A stretch of DNA of 64,000 bases from Candidatus Magasanikiibacteriota bacterium (GCA_963840935.1 CAWJAS010000001.1:256875-320874); one strand, 5' to 3'; positions 47,815 to 58,009 are shown, numbered from the stretch's first letter. Notes: generated by a model from the sequence alone, not told the origin. Numbers and translations are program-made.

Positions 47815-48597
47815 CTAAACAGTAGGGTCTGGTTTGTTTGCGAACAGCTTGTTTTCTATGCGTCTATAGAGAAAATGAGCGAGTACGGCGCTTGTCGGCA
47901 TGAGTAGATAGAATGTCGCGCCAAAACCAACAGCACTCCACGTCGTTGGATTAGCTCCTGAAAAAATAACCGCTGTGATTATTAAATTTGGAAATATTGA
48001 AGACGCGATGATTGCAAAATAAATTTTTTTACTTTCTATTCCAATTATCACACCGAACATCACAATAACAAATGCCACGCCGATGAGTATCCAATTCACC
48101 GAACTTTCCTTTTTTTTAACTTCCGAAAAAGTCATTCCTCCGAACGCGTTTTTTTGCACGGTAAGTTCGGCGGAGACATCATTACTTATAAACCAATTAA
48201 ACGTCGTCTTACCTCTTTTCGGTAATTTTTTATCGTTATACGTGGAGACGATTGCTTCGCTTGGCGTGATGCCCCAGTTTTTGGTGAGGTCTTTCGGGAA
48301 TACAGCCTTTATCGTTTCGGTTTTTACGTTCGCGCGGTCAACGAATTGGAAGGTTCCGTCAGGCCGTTTTTCGAATCCGTATCCTAATTGCGATTCGAAA
48401 AAGCCTTCAGTTTTGATGGCCACGCACCACAAGCCGGTTTCACCCGGGCACGGAGCGGCGAATATGGCACGCTTGGGCAGGCTGTCGGTTTTGCCGTTTT
48501 CGGCTGTAGCCGCTCCCGCGAGCACCGTCACAAATAGAGCTACAAACATTATCATTGTCACGAATAGAACTACAAACATCATCTTTGCGTCTTTCAT
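47815..48597 (-). CDS. Hypothetical membrane-anchored protein of 260 aa
   Basis: N-terminal TM helix encoded by a short tandem duplication (FVVLFVTMIM / FVALFVTVL), plus C-terminal TM helices. Confidence 0.45.
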   Translation of the reverse strand: MKDAKMMFVVLFVTMIMFVALFVTVLAGAATAENGKTDSLPKRAIFAAPCPGETGLWCVAIKTEGFFESQLGYGFEKRPDGTFQFVDRANVKTETIKAVFPKDLTKNWGITPSEAIVSTYNDKKLPKRGKTTFNWFISNDVSAELTVQKNAFGGMTFSEVKKKESSVNWILIGVAFVIVMFGVIIGIESKKIYFAIIASSIFPNLIITAVIFSGANPTTWSAVGFGATFYLLMPTSAVLAHFLYRRIENKLFANKPDPTV

Positions 48598-48777
48598 CTT
48601 TCGTCCCTTTTGTTCTCCGGATCTAATCCGATTGAATTGTTATAGAACTGTTTCACTGACAGATTAAGTTAACATTAAAATTATGAAAATGTCAAGATTG
48701 ACACCGGGACTGCTCTGATCAGTGTATTATTCACTGACCCCCTAGTATCGCAAGATGCCGGGGCTTTTGGCTTTTTA

Positions 48778-51537
48778 TTGAAACGCATGCAGGAAAAAAT
48801 CATAATTAAAGGCGCGCGGGAACATAATTTGAAGAATATAAATCTTGAAATTCCGCGCAACAAAATGATTGTGTTCACAGGACTGTCCGGCTCGGGCAAG
48901 TCCTCTTTGGCATTTGATACGATTTTTGCCGAAGGCCAACGCCGTTATGTGGAATCTTTGTCCGCTTATGCCCGACAATTTTTGGGCGGAATGCAAAAAC
49001 CGGATGTTGATGAAATTGAAGGATTGTCTCCGGCCATTTCCATTGACCAAAAAGCGCACAGCGCCAACCCGCGCTCCACGGTCGCCACAATCACCGAAAT
49101 TTATGATTATTTGCGCGTTTTGTTTGCCCGCGTTGGTACGCCATTTTGCCCGATTTGCGGTCACAAAATTGAGAAGATGACAGTTGATGAAATAAAAGAA
49201 AAAATTATTGATGGCGTCGAATCAATCGTCGCGTGTCATCCCCGCGTCCCGAAGGGATCCCTTTGGGAAAGACGGGAATCCAGACAACAGATCCTTCACT
49301 CCGTTCAGGATGACAAAATGAGATTGCCACGTCGCTCTTCGGTCGCTTCTCGCAATAACACTATCAAAGAACTTGTTATTCTTTCCCCCGTAGTTCGAGG
49401 AAGAAAAGGGGAGTATTACCAGATGCTTTATGATTTGTATAATTCCGGTTTTGCCGAAGTGCGAATCGATAATAAATTTTATGGTTTGAAAGACAGGATA
49501 GTTTTGTCAAAAAATAAAAAACACACGATTGAAGTGGTAGTCGACAGAATATTTTTTGATGATGCTAAAAAATTAAATAGTGACAAAGAATTAAAACAAA
49601 GATTTGCCGAAGCGATTGAGACAGCAGTTGATTTGTCCAACGGACTCGCGAATGTTGTTTTCCCCGATAAAAATGAACAAATTTTTTCCACGGAATATTC
49701 ATGCCCGAATGACGGTTTTAGCTTTCCGGAAATTGAGCCTCGTCTTTTTAGTTTTAATAGTCCTTATGGCTATTGTGAGGCTTGCACCGGCCTTGGCACG
49801 AAGGAATTATTCAGCGAAGAGATTTGCCCCAAATGCAACGGGAAACGCTTGAATGACAATGCTTTGAGCGTGCGTATTTACAATAAAAATATTTGGGAGA
49901 TAGTATCCATGACAATTTCTGAAGCGCGGGAATTTTTTACACATCTGGAAAATAATTTGGGAGCGAAAGAAAAAGAAATTTCCGGAGCGGTGATTCGGGA
50001 AATCAATAACCGACTGGATTTTATGTTTAATGTTGGTTTGCACTATTTAACTTTGGAAAGACGAGCCGGATCGTTGTCTGGCGGTGAAGCTCAGCGAATA
50101 CGCCTGGCTTCGCAAGTCGGCACGCGTTTGGTTGGCGCTCTTTATGTTTTGGACGAACCGACAATCGGATTGCATCAGAAAGACAATGAACAGCTGGTAA
50201 AAACTTTGCGTAATCTTTGCGATATTGGTAATACGATTATTGTGGTTGAACATGATGAAGACACGATACTTGCGAGCGATTGGGTGGTGGATATCGGACC
50301 GGGTGCCGGTAAACACGGCGGAGAGATAGTTTACTCGGGACCGCTCGATGTCATTCTGAACGGAGCGAAGCGAAGTGAAGAATCTTTGGAAAATAATAAA
50401 GGATCCTTCGCTATCGCTCAGGATGACAAAACGGACTACTACGCTATCGTTGGCAACCCGATAGCTTCTCTCACCGGTCAATATTTACGAGGAGAGAAAA
50501 AAATTGCCATGCCTGATAAGCGTCGGAAAGTTGACAATACAACGCCGAAATTAAAAATTAAAGGAGCGGTAGCTCACAATTTAAAAAATATTGATGTTCA
50601 AATTCCTTTGCGCCGTTTTGTTTGTTTAACCGGAGTATCCGGTTCGGGCAAGTCAACGTTAATGCACGATATAATCGAGCGCAATTTACAAAATAGATTT
50701 TTTAGGATGAACAAACAATCGGGCCAAGTAAAATCCATTACCGGCAGTGAATACTTAGACGGCGTAATTACCATTAATCAATCGCCGATAGGGCGTACCC
50801 CACGTTCCAATCCGGCAACATATACCAAAGCATTTGACCATATTCGCGAAATATTTTCCGCCACTCCCGAAGCCCGAATGCGCGGATTTGGCCCGGGTAG
50901 ATTCAGTTTTAATGTGCCCGGAGGAAGATGCGAAAATTGTGAAGGGCGTGGAGCGCTCCAAATTGAAATGCATTTTTTGCCGAGTGTAGAAATTGTTTGT
51001 GACGTATGCAAAGGCAAAAGATTTAATCAAGAAACTTTAGCCGTCCACTATAAAGGAAAAAATATTTCTGATATTCTAAATATGACGATAGAAGAAGCGC
51101 AGGTGTTTTTTAAAGATATTCCGCAGATAAACGATAAGCTAAAAATGCTTAATGAAGTTGGCTTGGATTATTTGACGTTGGGTCAGTCGGCCACCACGCT
51201 TTCCGGCGGTGAAGCCCAGCGAATAAAATTATCAAAAGAATTATCAAGGTATGGCCACACAAAAACCCTCTATCTTTTGGATGAACCGACTACAGGATTG
51301 CACTATGATGACGTAAAAAAATTATTGGAAGTTTTACAGCGTCTTGTTTCTCAAGGCAATACCGTTTTGGTAATCGAACATAATTTGGATGTTATTAAAT
51401 GCGCCGACTGGGTAATTGATTTGGGTCCGGAAGGCGGGGATAAGGGCGGTGAATTAGTTGCCGATGGTACTCCTGAAGAAGTGGCGAGAAAATCAGGTAG
51501 TCATACCGGTTTTTATTTGCGGAGATTTTTAAAATAA
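48778..51537 (+). CDS. uvrA: Excinuclease ABC subunit A, with two in-frame repeat-element insertions
   Basis: Two ABC ATPase modules (GLSGSGKSSLAFDT, GVSGSGKSTL, LSGGEAQRI x2) and zinc-finger cysteines. Extra segments lie at about aa 150-195 and about aa 525-550. Confidence 0.9.
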   Translation: MKRMQEKIIIKGAREHNLKNINLEIPRNKMIVFTGLSGSGKSSLAFDTIFAEGQRRYVESLSAYARQFLGGMQKPDVDEIEGLSPAISIDQKAHSANPRSTVATITEIYDYLRVLFARVGTPFCPICGHKIEKMTVDEIKEKIIDGVESIVACHPRVPKGSLWERRESRQQILHSVQDDKMRLPRRSSVASRNNTIKELVILSPVVRGRKGEYYQMLYDLYNSGFAEVRIDNKFYGLKDRIVLSKNKKHTIEVVVDRIFFDDAKKLNSDKELKQRFAEAIETAVDLSNGLANVVFPDKNEQIFSTEYSCPNDGFSFPEIEPRLFSFNSPYGYCEACTGLGTKELFSEEICPKCNGKRLNDNALSVRIYNKNIWEIVSMTISEAREFFTHLENNLGAKEKEISGAVIREINNRLDFMFNVGLHYLTLERRAGSLSGGEAQRIRLASQVGTRLVGALYVLDEPTIGLHQKDNEQLVKTLRNLCDIGNTIIVVEHDEDTILASDWVVDIGPGAGKHGGEIVYSGPLDVILNGAKRSEESLENNKGSFAIAQDDKTDYYAIVGNPIASLTGQYLRGEKKIAMPDKRRKVDNTTPKLKIKGAVAHNLKNIDVQIPLRRFVCLTGVSGSGKSTLMHDIIERNLQNRFFRMNKQSGQVKSITGSEYLDGVITINQSPIGRTPRSNPATYTKAFDHIREIFSATPEARMRGFGPGRFSFNVPGGRCENCEGRGALQIEMHFLPSVEIVCDVCKGKRFNQETLAVHYKGKNISDILNMTIEEAQVFFKDIPQINDKLKMLNEVGLDYLTLGQSATTLSGGEAQRIKLSKELSRYGHTKTLYLLDEPTTGLHYDDVKKLLEVLQRLVSQGNTVLVIEHNLDVIKCADWVIDLGPEGGDKGGELVADGTPEEVARKSGSHTGFYLRRFLK
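49235..49365. repeat. Diverged palindromic MITE-like element(s) (about 130 bp, one full plus one partial copy) in-frame in uvrA
   Basis: gtcatcc...ggatgac inverted repeats, then gccacgtcgctcttcggtcgcttctcgcaataac, which resembles the leuS copy (gccgcgtcactcgctccgcttgttcctcgcgatgac). Confidence 0.5.
50350..50427. repeat. Diverged palindromic MITE-like element (78 bp) in-frame in uvrA
   Basis: gtcattctgaacggagcgaagcgaag ... gctcaggatgac. Compare the leuS copies gtcattgcgagaagcgaagcg ... cctcgcgatgac. Length is a multiple of 3. Confidence 0.55.
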
Positions 51538-51578
51538 AAAAGAGGCGGTTAGCCTCTTTAAGATCGGATGAGAGCGGA

Positions 51579-51839
51579 TTAATGAGCGGAGTTGCGGAGA
51601 GAAACAGTGACTTTGACGATTCCGGTTTTGCGGTTGATGACTTTGAAGGCATTGTAGCCTTGTTCGCGAAGATGCGAGATCAAGTCGTTTGCGATCTCAT
51701 CATCTGTCCCGGGCATGATAATTCTTCCGCGAAAAAGATCGGTGAAAAAACCGCCTATGCCAGGCCGTCTTTCGGCGATATAATTTCTATAGATATGAAC
51801 AGCCGTTTCATTTCGCCCATTTTTTCTGGCGCGATTCAA
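51579..51839 (-). CDS. Small hypothetical protein of 86 aa
   Basis: Convergent with uvrA, with a shared hairpin between them. An overlapping plus-strand ORF of similar size exists, so the coding strand is uncertain. Confidence 0.3.
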   Translation of the reverse strand: MNRARKNGRNETAVHIYRNYIAERRPGIGGFFTDLFRGRIIMPGTDDEIANDLISHLREQGYNAFKVINRKTGIVKVTVSLRNSAH

Positions 51840-51892
51840 TTGATAAAGAGCTGCGCGAATTAATTCGGATAAAATCTTTTCACGTATCTTGC

Positions 51893-53212
51893 TTGTTAAG
51901 CATTTATTCTCCTTTCTGTGTATTCACCATTATGCCAAAAAATATGAATTTGTCAAGAGGTATATCGGTCGACAAACAATCATTAAAAAATATTCCGAGC
52001 AAACCGGGTGTTTATTTGTTTTATACAAAGAAAAAAGAGTTAATTTATGTGGGCAAGGCGATTTCCCTGAAAAACAGAGTAAAAAGTTATTTTTCCGGGC
52101 CAAAAAATCATCGCCCAATAGAATTGATGATACACGAGGTTTATTTGATAAAATACGTTGTAACCGATTCCGCATTGGATGCCATTATTCTTGAAGGAAA
52201 TTTAATAAAAAAATATCGTCCAAAGTACAACGTTTTGTGGAAAGATGATAAAAGCTGGAATTACATCACCATCAGCAAAGATGAATATCCCAAAGTTGGA
52301 ACCGCGCGGGAACGTGAGTTGAGCTTGTTGACTGACAGTCAGATAACAAATAATTATTGTGCTTTATTTGGTCCTTATCCCGGTCTTAAAACAAAGGAAA
52401 CGATGAAAATTTTACGAAGAATGTTTAATATTTCCACGTGCACTTCGAATGCCAAAAGAGCTTGCCTTTATCGTCAAATGGGTGAATGTTTGGGTGTTTG
52501 CACCGGAGAAATTTCAACCAACGAATATAAAAAAAAAGTAATCACACCTCTTAAATTATTTTTGGAAGGGAAAAAAGAAAAATTGATTCAAAAAATTAAG
52601 AAGGCAATGATGTCGGCTTCAAAAAATCAGAATTTTGAAGAAGCTGGTCGTTTACGAGATACGATAAAATCACTTCAACATGTCAAAGATATTTCTTTAG
52701 TAAATGATTCGTTCATTAAAGAAAAATTTGAAAATACTAACGGAAAATTTTTGGTAAAACGAATTGAAGGGTATGACATTTCCAATCTTGGTGTTGCCGA
52801 CAAGGTCGGCTCAATGGTTGTTTTTGATTCTAATGAGCCGATAAAGTCGGAATATCGTAAATTTATTATTCGTTCAATAAAGGGTCAAAGCGATGTTGGC
52901 TGTCTAAAAGAAATAATATCAAGACGACTAAATCGAAAAGATTGGATGTTGCCCGATATAATATTGGTTGACGGCGGTATTGCTCAAATTCGAGCAGTTA
53001 AAAAAACTCTTCAAGAAAAAAATATAGCAATTCCAATCGTGGGTATCGCTAAAGGCCAAAAAAGATTAAGAAATGATTTTTATTTAATCTCGAGAAATCC
53101 GGCAGTAATAGATTGGACGAAAAAAAATAAAAATTTGTTAATTCGTGTTCGCGACGAAGCGCATCGTTTTGCGATCGCTTTTCATCGTCAGAAAAGACTT
53201 ATTTTAAAATAA
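51893..53212 (+). CDS. uvrC: Excinuclease ABC subunit C, short form lacking the C-terminal (HhH)2 region
   Basis: GIY-YIG (VYLFYTKKKELIYVGKA...LKNRVKSYF), a UvrB-interacting/UVR motif, and an RNaseH-like endonuclease region (EGYDISN). The true start may be the internal MPKNMN. Confidence 0.75.
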   Translation: MLSIYSPFCVFTIMPKNMNLSRGISVDKQSLKNIPSKPGVYLFYTKKKELIYVGKAISLKNRVKSYFSGPKNHRPIELMIHEVYLIKYVVTDSALDAIILEGNLIKKYRPKYNVLWKDDKSWNYITISKDEYPKVGTARERELSLLTDSQITNNYCALFGPYPGLKTKETMKILRRMFNISTCTSNAKRACLYRQMGECLGVCTGEISTNEYKKKVITPLKLFLEGKKEKLIQKIKKAMMSASKNQNFEEAGRLRDTIKSLQHVKDISLVNDSFIKEKFENTNGKFLVKRIEGYDISNLGVADKVGSMVVFDSNEPIKSEYRKFIIRSIKGQSDVGCLKEIISRRLNRKDWMLPDIILVDGGIAQIRAVKKTLQEKNIAIPIVGIAKGQKRLRNDFYLISRNPAVIDWTKKNKNLLIRVRDEAHRFAIAFHRQKRLILK

Positions 53213-53221
53213 AAAAGGCGA

Positions 53222-53244
53222 GTGCTTGAAGCGCTCGCCCGGAC
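53222..53244. terminator. Hairpin between convergent uvrC and the 53273 minus-strand gene
   Basis: ggcgagtgc-ttgaa-gcgctcgcc. An A/T run on the 5' side would act as the T-tract for the minus-strand transcript. Confidence 0.45.
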
Positions 53245-53272
53245 AAAGTCGAAAGAAAGAACGAAATTAATT

Positions 53273-53584
53273 TTAATAAAGCGCGGACGAATTGGGTTTG
53301 ACAGAGTGAAGACCCGCCAGCTTGAACAAGCTCGGGCAATCAGATTTGCATGCTCCGCATTTGGGGCAGTGATGCCATTTGCAATCCGGACAGCGATTAT
53401 CCGGCGTACCCACTATATCGGCTCCGCATCGCCAGCAATTATTGAAATAAATTGTGTTTCCACAATTGGGGCAGGCGAGTACGCTTGCGTATTGAGTCGG
53501 AACAAGTTCTTCAATACAGAAGGGGCACAGTCGTTTTTTTTCCATTTTCCCATCCTTTTTGCTTTTAGCGTCTTGACGACGCAT
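53273..53584 (-). CDS. Cys-rich zinc-ribbon protein of 103 aa
   Basis: Multiple CxxC pairs (CPFC...CPNC...CWRC...CPDC...CPKCGAC). Confidence 0.5.
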   Translation of the reverse strand: MRRQDAKSKKDGKMEKKRLCPFCIEELVPTQYASVLACPNCGNTIYFNNCWRCGADIVGTPDNRCPDCKWHHCPKCGACKSDCPSLFKLAGLHSVKPNSSALY

Positions 53585-53666
53585 TTGTTAAAATGAGCGG
53601 TTACAGTGTTCAAAAATAACACTTTTTTGAACAAACGTCAACCCTTTTTCCGTAAATGGCAAATAT

Positions 53667-54374
53667 TTGAATATTTGCTATTTTTTTGTTATAATTTATT
53701 CAATAAATCATAACAATTTAAATAGTAATATGAAATTAAAAACTCTAATTATAGCGGTTATTTTGCTGGCAATAGCGGGTGTTTTTTTGATAATTAACCG
53801 TTCAATTGCCCCGACTGCCGACAATATTAAAAATAATCATGTAATAATCGATGAAACATCACCGGCGGATGAGGAAAAATTAACGGAAAAAAATTTGCCT
53901 TGGGTGGAAGTTTTATCCAGCTTGGTTGAAAAAAAGTCCGGAGAGGAGTGGCTGGAATTAATTTCCGGCGATCAGTTAAAAAGCGGTGATATTGTCAAAA
54001 CCGATTCTTCAGGGTTGGCCAATATTTATTTTCCCGATGGCTCTGTAATCAGGTTGGATTCCAATTCGCAAATTGTTATATCCGAAGCCGATTATGATAA
54101 CAATACAAAAACATTAAAATTAAAAATTAAATTATTGGCTGGAAGGGTTTGGTCAAAAATTTTTGAATTAGCCACAAATGAATCTTATTGGGAAGTGGAA
54201 ACCGCCAATGCCGTGGCTGCGGTCAGGGGAACGGCTTTTGGCGTGGAATATGAGAATAATGAAACGGTTGTCATCGGCTGGGAAAATACGGTTGAAGTGG
54301 AAGCGGTTGATATTTATAGCGGTCGCAATCTAGGTGTAGTCAACAGTATCGGCGAACAAAATATTGCGTATTAA
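53667..54374 (+). CDS. Secreted FecR-domain protein
   Basis: Signal anchor, then a FecR-like segment (DSSGLANIYFPDGSVIRLDSNSQIVI ... AAVRGTAFGVEYENNETVV). Confidence 0.55.
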   Translation: MNICYFFVIIYSINHNNLNSNMKLKTLIIAVILLAIAGVFLIINRSIAPTADNIKNNHVIIDETSPADEEKLTEKNLPWVEVLSSLVEKKSGEEWLELISGDQLKSGDIVKTDSSGLANIYFPDGSVIRLDSNSQIVISEADYDNNTKTLKLKIKLLAGRVWSKIFELATNESYWEVETANAVAAVRGTAFGVEYENNETVVIGWENTVEVEAVDIYSGRNLGVVNSIGEQNIAY

Positions 54375-54618
54375 TGAAGCGACCGCAAGAATGAGTGTGA
54401 ATGAAAGATATGTTTTGTCGGATGCGGTGGATGATTTACCTTTGGAAATGCAAAATTTGGAGTGGGTTAAGAGGTCGATTAATGCTGACGTCGGTTTGTT
54501 TGAAGAGGAAGATACGAACGAAGATTTGATTGTTGATGGAATTGAGCAAGTTGAGCCGGAAGAAGATTCAATTGAGCTTCTTGACGTTAGCGCGCCAATT
54601 ATTAATCAGCGCAAATAA
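54364..54618 (+). CDS. Acidic 84-aa ORF, possibly a frameshifted C-terminal extension of the FecR-domain gene
   Basis: TTG start overlapping the upstream stop by 11 nt in another frame. Confidence 0.3.
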   Translation: MRINEATARMSVNERYVLSDAVDDLPLEMQNLEWVKRSINADVGLFEEEDTNEDLIVDGIEQVEPEEDSIELLDVSAPIINQRK

Positions 54619-54624
54619 AAATAT

Positions 54625-54855
54625 ATGATGGGAAAAAAAACACCTTTTATCACTATTAGTTTATTTGTCGGACTGTTGTTCGCTTGGTCTTTTTGGAGTG
54701 GAATTTTTTCCGGTCCGGAAAACTTTTTTGAGGATTTGTTATTTTCGGCCAAACCGATTGACGGCCGTGTAGTTGTGCTGGCTGTTGATAATGAATCACT
54801 GCAAAAAATTGGCCAATGGCCTTGGCCGAGAGAAGTATTTGCGCAAAGCGATTGA
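54625..54855 (+). CDS. CHASE2 sensor adenylate/guanylate cyclase, 5' fragment (frameshifted)
   Basis: TM helix followed by the CHASE2 start (VVVLAVDNESLQKIGQWPWPRE). The reading frame changes near 54840-54850 (gcgcaaagcg). Confidence 0.6.
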   Translation: MMGKKTPFITISLFVGLLFAWSFWSGIFSGPENFFEDLLFSAKPIDGRVVVLAVDNESLQKIGQWPWPREVFAQSD

Positions 54856-56386
54856 AAATTTGAAAGATTACGCGCCAAAGGCGTTGGCAATCGACGTTTT
54901 ATTTGCCGAACCATCTCGCTTGGGTGAAGACGACGACCAAATTTTGGCTGATGCGTTTTCAGGTTCCAAATTTCCCATTGTTTTGGCTACCGAAGCGAAT
55001 AATGTGTTTTTATCCAAAGATAGTCTGCCTATGGCCGATTATTTTATGGAGCCTTTGGATATGTTTTATGGCACGTCGCAAATATTTTTGGGGCAAGTCA
55101 GCATTATTGTCGATAAAGATGGCGTGGTCAGAAAGTTTCCCTTGGAAGTGCGTGGCAGACAGAGTGGTAAAATTTACAAATCACTTTCATACGAAACCGT
55201 AATTCAAAGCGGAGCGGAAATTCCTCGCGCCAATTCTTTAAATTTGGTAAATAGAATCGTGTACGCCGCTCCGGCCGGTTCTGTAAGGACAATTCCTTTT
55301 TGGCGATTATACGAAAACTCTTCGGGTGACATGCTCAAAGACAAAATTATTTTTTTGGGTGCGACCGCCCCGGATTTGCATGACAGACGAACGGTTGCCT
55401 ATGGGCGCGAAAAAGACATGCCCGGAGTGGAAATTCAGGCAAATATCGCCAATATGATTCTTCAGGGGTATAGAATTAATCCGCTTTCAAAAAGCGTTAA
55501 CGCGTTATGGATTATTTTGGCCGCGCTTTTGCCGGCATTATTCTTTATTTATTTCAGACGTTTGAGGTTTGCTTTGATTGTTAGTTCTCTTGTCGGTATT
55601 TTTCACCTTGTGGCGGTAATTATTCTTTTCCAACAGGGGATAGCGGTTAATTTTATTAATTTGACTTTGGCTTGGATTATTTCCATCATCGGCCAGTTCG
55701 CTTATCGTTATTTTGTCGGTGAAAAAGAAAAACACCAACTAAAAGATATTTTTTCCCGTTATGTTTCCAAAGAAGTGGTTAAAGAAATAATCGACGACCC
55801 GTCAAAAGTTCATTTGGGTGGAGAAGAGAAAAAAATTACCGTATTTTTTTCCGATATTCGAAGCTTCACCACTTTATCGGAAAAGGCCGGGCCGGTTAAA
55901 TTGGTGCATATTTTGAATCGTTATTTCACCGCCATGACCGAAGAAATTTTATCTCAAAAAGGAGTGCTCGATAAATATATCGGCGACGCCATCATGGCTT
56001 TTTGGGGAGCTCCGATTGATGACCCGGACCAGGTTGACCACGCTTTATCATCTTCCATTGCCATGCTTCAAAAATTAAAAAAATTAAACAAAGAATTAGA
56101 AAAAGAAGGGATAGACCCGATCAATATTGGTATTGGTCTTTATACTGGTCCGGCTGTTGTCGGCAATATGGGCTCGGAAATACGTCTTAATTACACGGCC
56201 ATGGGCGACACGGTTAATGTGGCTTCGCGGTTGGAAGGGTTAAACAAAGAATTCAAAACAAACATAATTGTCGGCGAGAGTGTAAAGAATAATGCCAAAG
56301 GGAATTATGCTTGGAAATCGCTTGGCTCGGTTCAAGTTAAAGGGCGAGTTGAACCGGTTAGTATTTACACGTTAGATTTACCGTAG
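54773..56386 (+). CDS. CHASE2 sensor fused to a class III adenylate/guanylate cyclase, main segment
   Basis: CHASE2 continuation, three TM helices, and a cyclase homology domain (ITVFFSDIRSFTTLSE ... YIGDAIMAFWGAP ... NVASRLEG). Confidence 0.75.
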   Translation: MCWLLIMNHCKKLANGLGREKYLRKAIENLKDYAPKALAIDVLFAEPSRLGEDDDQILADAFSGSKFPIVLATEANNVFLSKDSLPMADYFMEPLDMFYGTSQIFLGQVSIIVDKDGVVRKFPLEVRGRQSGKIYKSLSYETVIQSGAEIPRANSLNLVNRIVYAAPAGSVRTIPFWRLYENSSGDMLKDKIIFLGATAPDLHDRRTVAYGREKDMPGVEIQANIANMILQGYRINPLSKSVNALWIILAALLPALFFIYFRRLRFALIVSSLVGIFHLVAVIILFQQGIAVNFINLTLAWIISIIGQFAYRYFVGEKEKHQLKDIFSRYVSKEVVKEIIDDPSKVHLGGEEKKITVFFSDIRSFTTLSEKAGPVKLVHILNRYFTAMTEEILSQKGVLDKYIGDAIMAFWGAPIDDPDQVDHALSSSIAMLQKLKKLNKELEKEGIDPINIGIGLYTGPAVVGNMGSEIRLNYTAMGDTVNVASRLEGLNKEFKTNIIVGESVKNNAKGNYAWKSLGSVQVKGRVEPVSIYTLDLP

Positions 56387-56411
56387 TAAATAAATTAATA
56401 ATTTTAATAAT

Positions 56412-56735
56412 ATGGAGGATCAAAAAAAATCATTAGTTAATCCGGATTTTATTCAGGGCCAAATTATTTCGCGTCTTAATTTGGATTATTTGCCGGAAGA
56501 AGATAGGGTAAAATTACTGGACAGCATGGCTGAAGTAGTCAGCCAACGAGTTTTTTTGAAAGTTTTGGAATCATTGCCCAAAGAAAAAAGTGAGGAATTG
56601 GCAAAATTACTCGATACTGGCAGTGATGACCAAGTGGCGGAATTTATGGAAAACAATGTGGCAGATTTTTTGAAAATTTTGCAAACAGAAATTGACGCAG
56701 TGAGCGAAGGTTTAATAAAAGCGTCGCAAAAATAA
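56412..56735 (+). CDS. Hypothetical acidic protein of 107 aa
   Basis: ORF only. No recognisable family. Confidence 0.35.
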   Translation: MEDQKKSLVNPDFIQGQIISRLNLDYLPEEDRVKLLDSMAEVVSQRVFLKVLESLPKEKSEELAKLLDTGSDDQVAEFMENNVADFLKILQTEIDAVSEGLIKASQK

Positions 56736-56741
56736 ATTTGT

Positions 56742-56948
56742 ATGGAGGGAGATGATAAAAAAACAAATGATAATTCCGCGGATAACACCGAAAAAATTAA
56801 TAAGATAAACGGTCTGATTAATGATTTGCAAAATGAAATAAAATCTCTTGATGCCGAAGGAGAAGCAATTGCTGTGGCAATATTAAAAAATATTGACCAA
56901 ATTAAAATAAAAAAAATAAGCCAATTTATCAATAAAATTCCAGATTAG
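56742..56948 (+). CDS. Hypothetical small coiled-coil protein of 68 aa
   Basis: ORF only. Confidence 0.3.
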   Translation: MEGDDKKTNDNSADNTEKINKINGLINDLQNEIKSLDAEGEAIAVAILKNIDQIKIKKISQFINKIPD

Positions 56949-56949
56949 T

Positions 56950-57573
56950 ATGGGGCGGACAAAAAAAATTAAAAAAGAAGACAGGGATGAGGGCGCTTAT
57001 CCCATGCATTCCAAACCTTCATCCGGCGGTTATAAAATGAACGAAGAAAAGGCGGAGCCTGATTTGTCGGATGCTCTTTTGGAATTGGACCCGACAAAAG
57101 AACCCACCGAACCATCGTCCGAATCCGCGCCGGAAATACCGGCGGATGTTGAAATTGATTCTGCCGAAAGTGTACCCCAACAAAAAACAAATGAAATTTT
57201 AACAGCTCGTGTTGAATTAATAAAATCAATTGCCACGGCTCATGATAGATTAAAAGAAATTGACGACATGAGAGGGTTAAGAACAGAGGCGCAAAAAAGT
57301 AAAATCGCGAAAGTTTTTAAAAAATTAGAAAAAATTTCAGTCGGACTCAAAGAAACGGAAAATTTGCCGGTAAAGGAAATGGAAAAAAGAATAGAGCAAT
57401 TCAATAAGAGAATTGAAAAATTCAATAATAGAATATCGTCTCTCAAAAAAGAGATAAAAGAAATGGTGGATAAACTAATTGAAGAAGGAAAAGAGCCGGC
57501 AAAAAAATTTGTAGAAACTAGCAGACGGAAGATGGTTATACTGTTAAAATTGGGCAAGAAGTTAAAGCTTTAA
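56950..57573 (+). CDS. Hypothetical coiled-coil protein of 207 aa
   Basis: ORF only. Protein-like reading continues downstream in other frames, which suggests frameshifts. Confidence 0.35.
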   Translation: MGRTKKIKKEDRDEGAYPMHSKPSSGGYKMNEEKAEPDLSDALLELDPTKEPTEPSSESAPEIPADVEIDSAESVPQQKTNEILTARVELIKSIATAHDRLKEIDDMRGLRTEAQKSKIAKVFKKLEKISVGLKETENLPVKEMEKRIEQFNKRIEKFNNRISSLKKEIKEMVDKLIEEGKEPAKKFVETSRRKMVILLKLGKKLKL

Positions 57574-58009
57574 GATGAAGTGGTGAGTTAGATGCTGGCT
57601 GGATTGTTGAAAGTATTGACGGAGATACAGTAACGTTGGATAAACGAAAGCCAGCAAAAAAGGCGGACTAAAAAATACGATGTTTTAATAAGTGATTTAA
57701 AAAAATGGAATGAGCAACCAAAAATTGTTGAACCTGTTACAAAAGAGGGAATAATCATTAAAAATGAAGATGATATAAAAATCGGACAAATTTTGCGTTT
57801 GAAGCGAACTAGTGGAGAGATGGACGATGGGTGGAAAGTTGACTTTATTTTGGACAAACAAGTTGCATTGCAAAAAGAAGCGCCTGACGGCACATTAAAT
57901 AAGGTTGTTTTACTATCTGAGCTTGTTGAATGGAACGGGACCGATATTCCACAGAAGAAAACAGCTCCGGATGTTAGTTCGGATACAGACGCCAAACTAG
58001 CTTGAAGAT

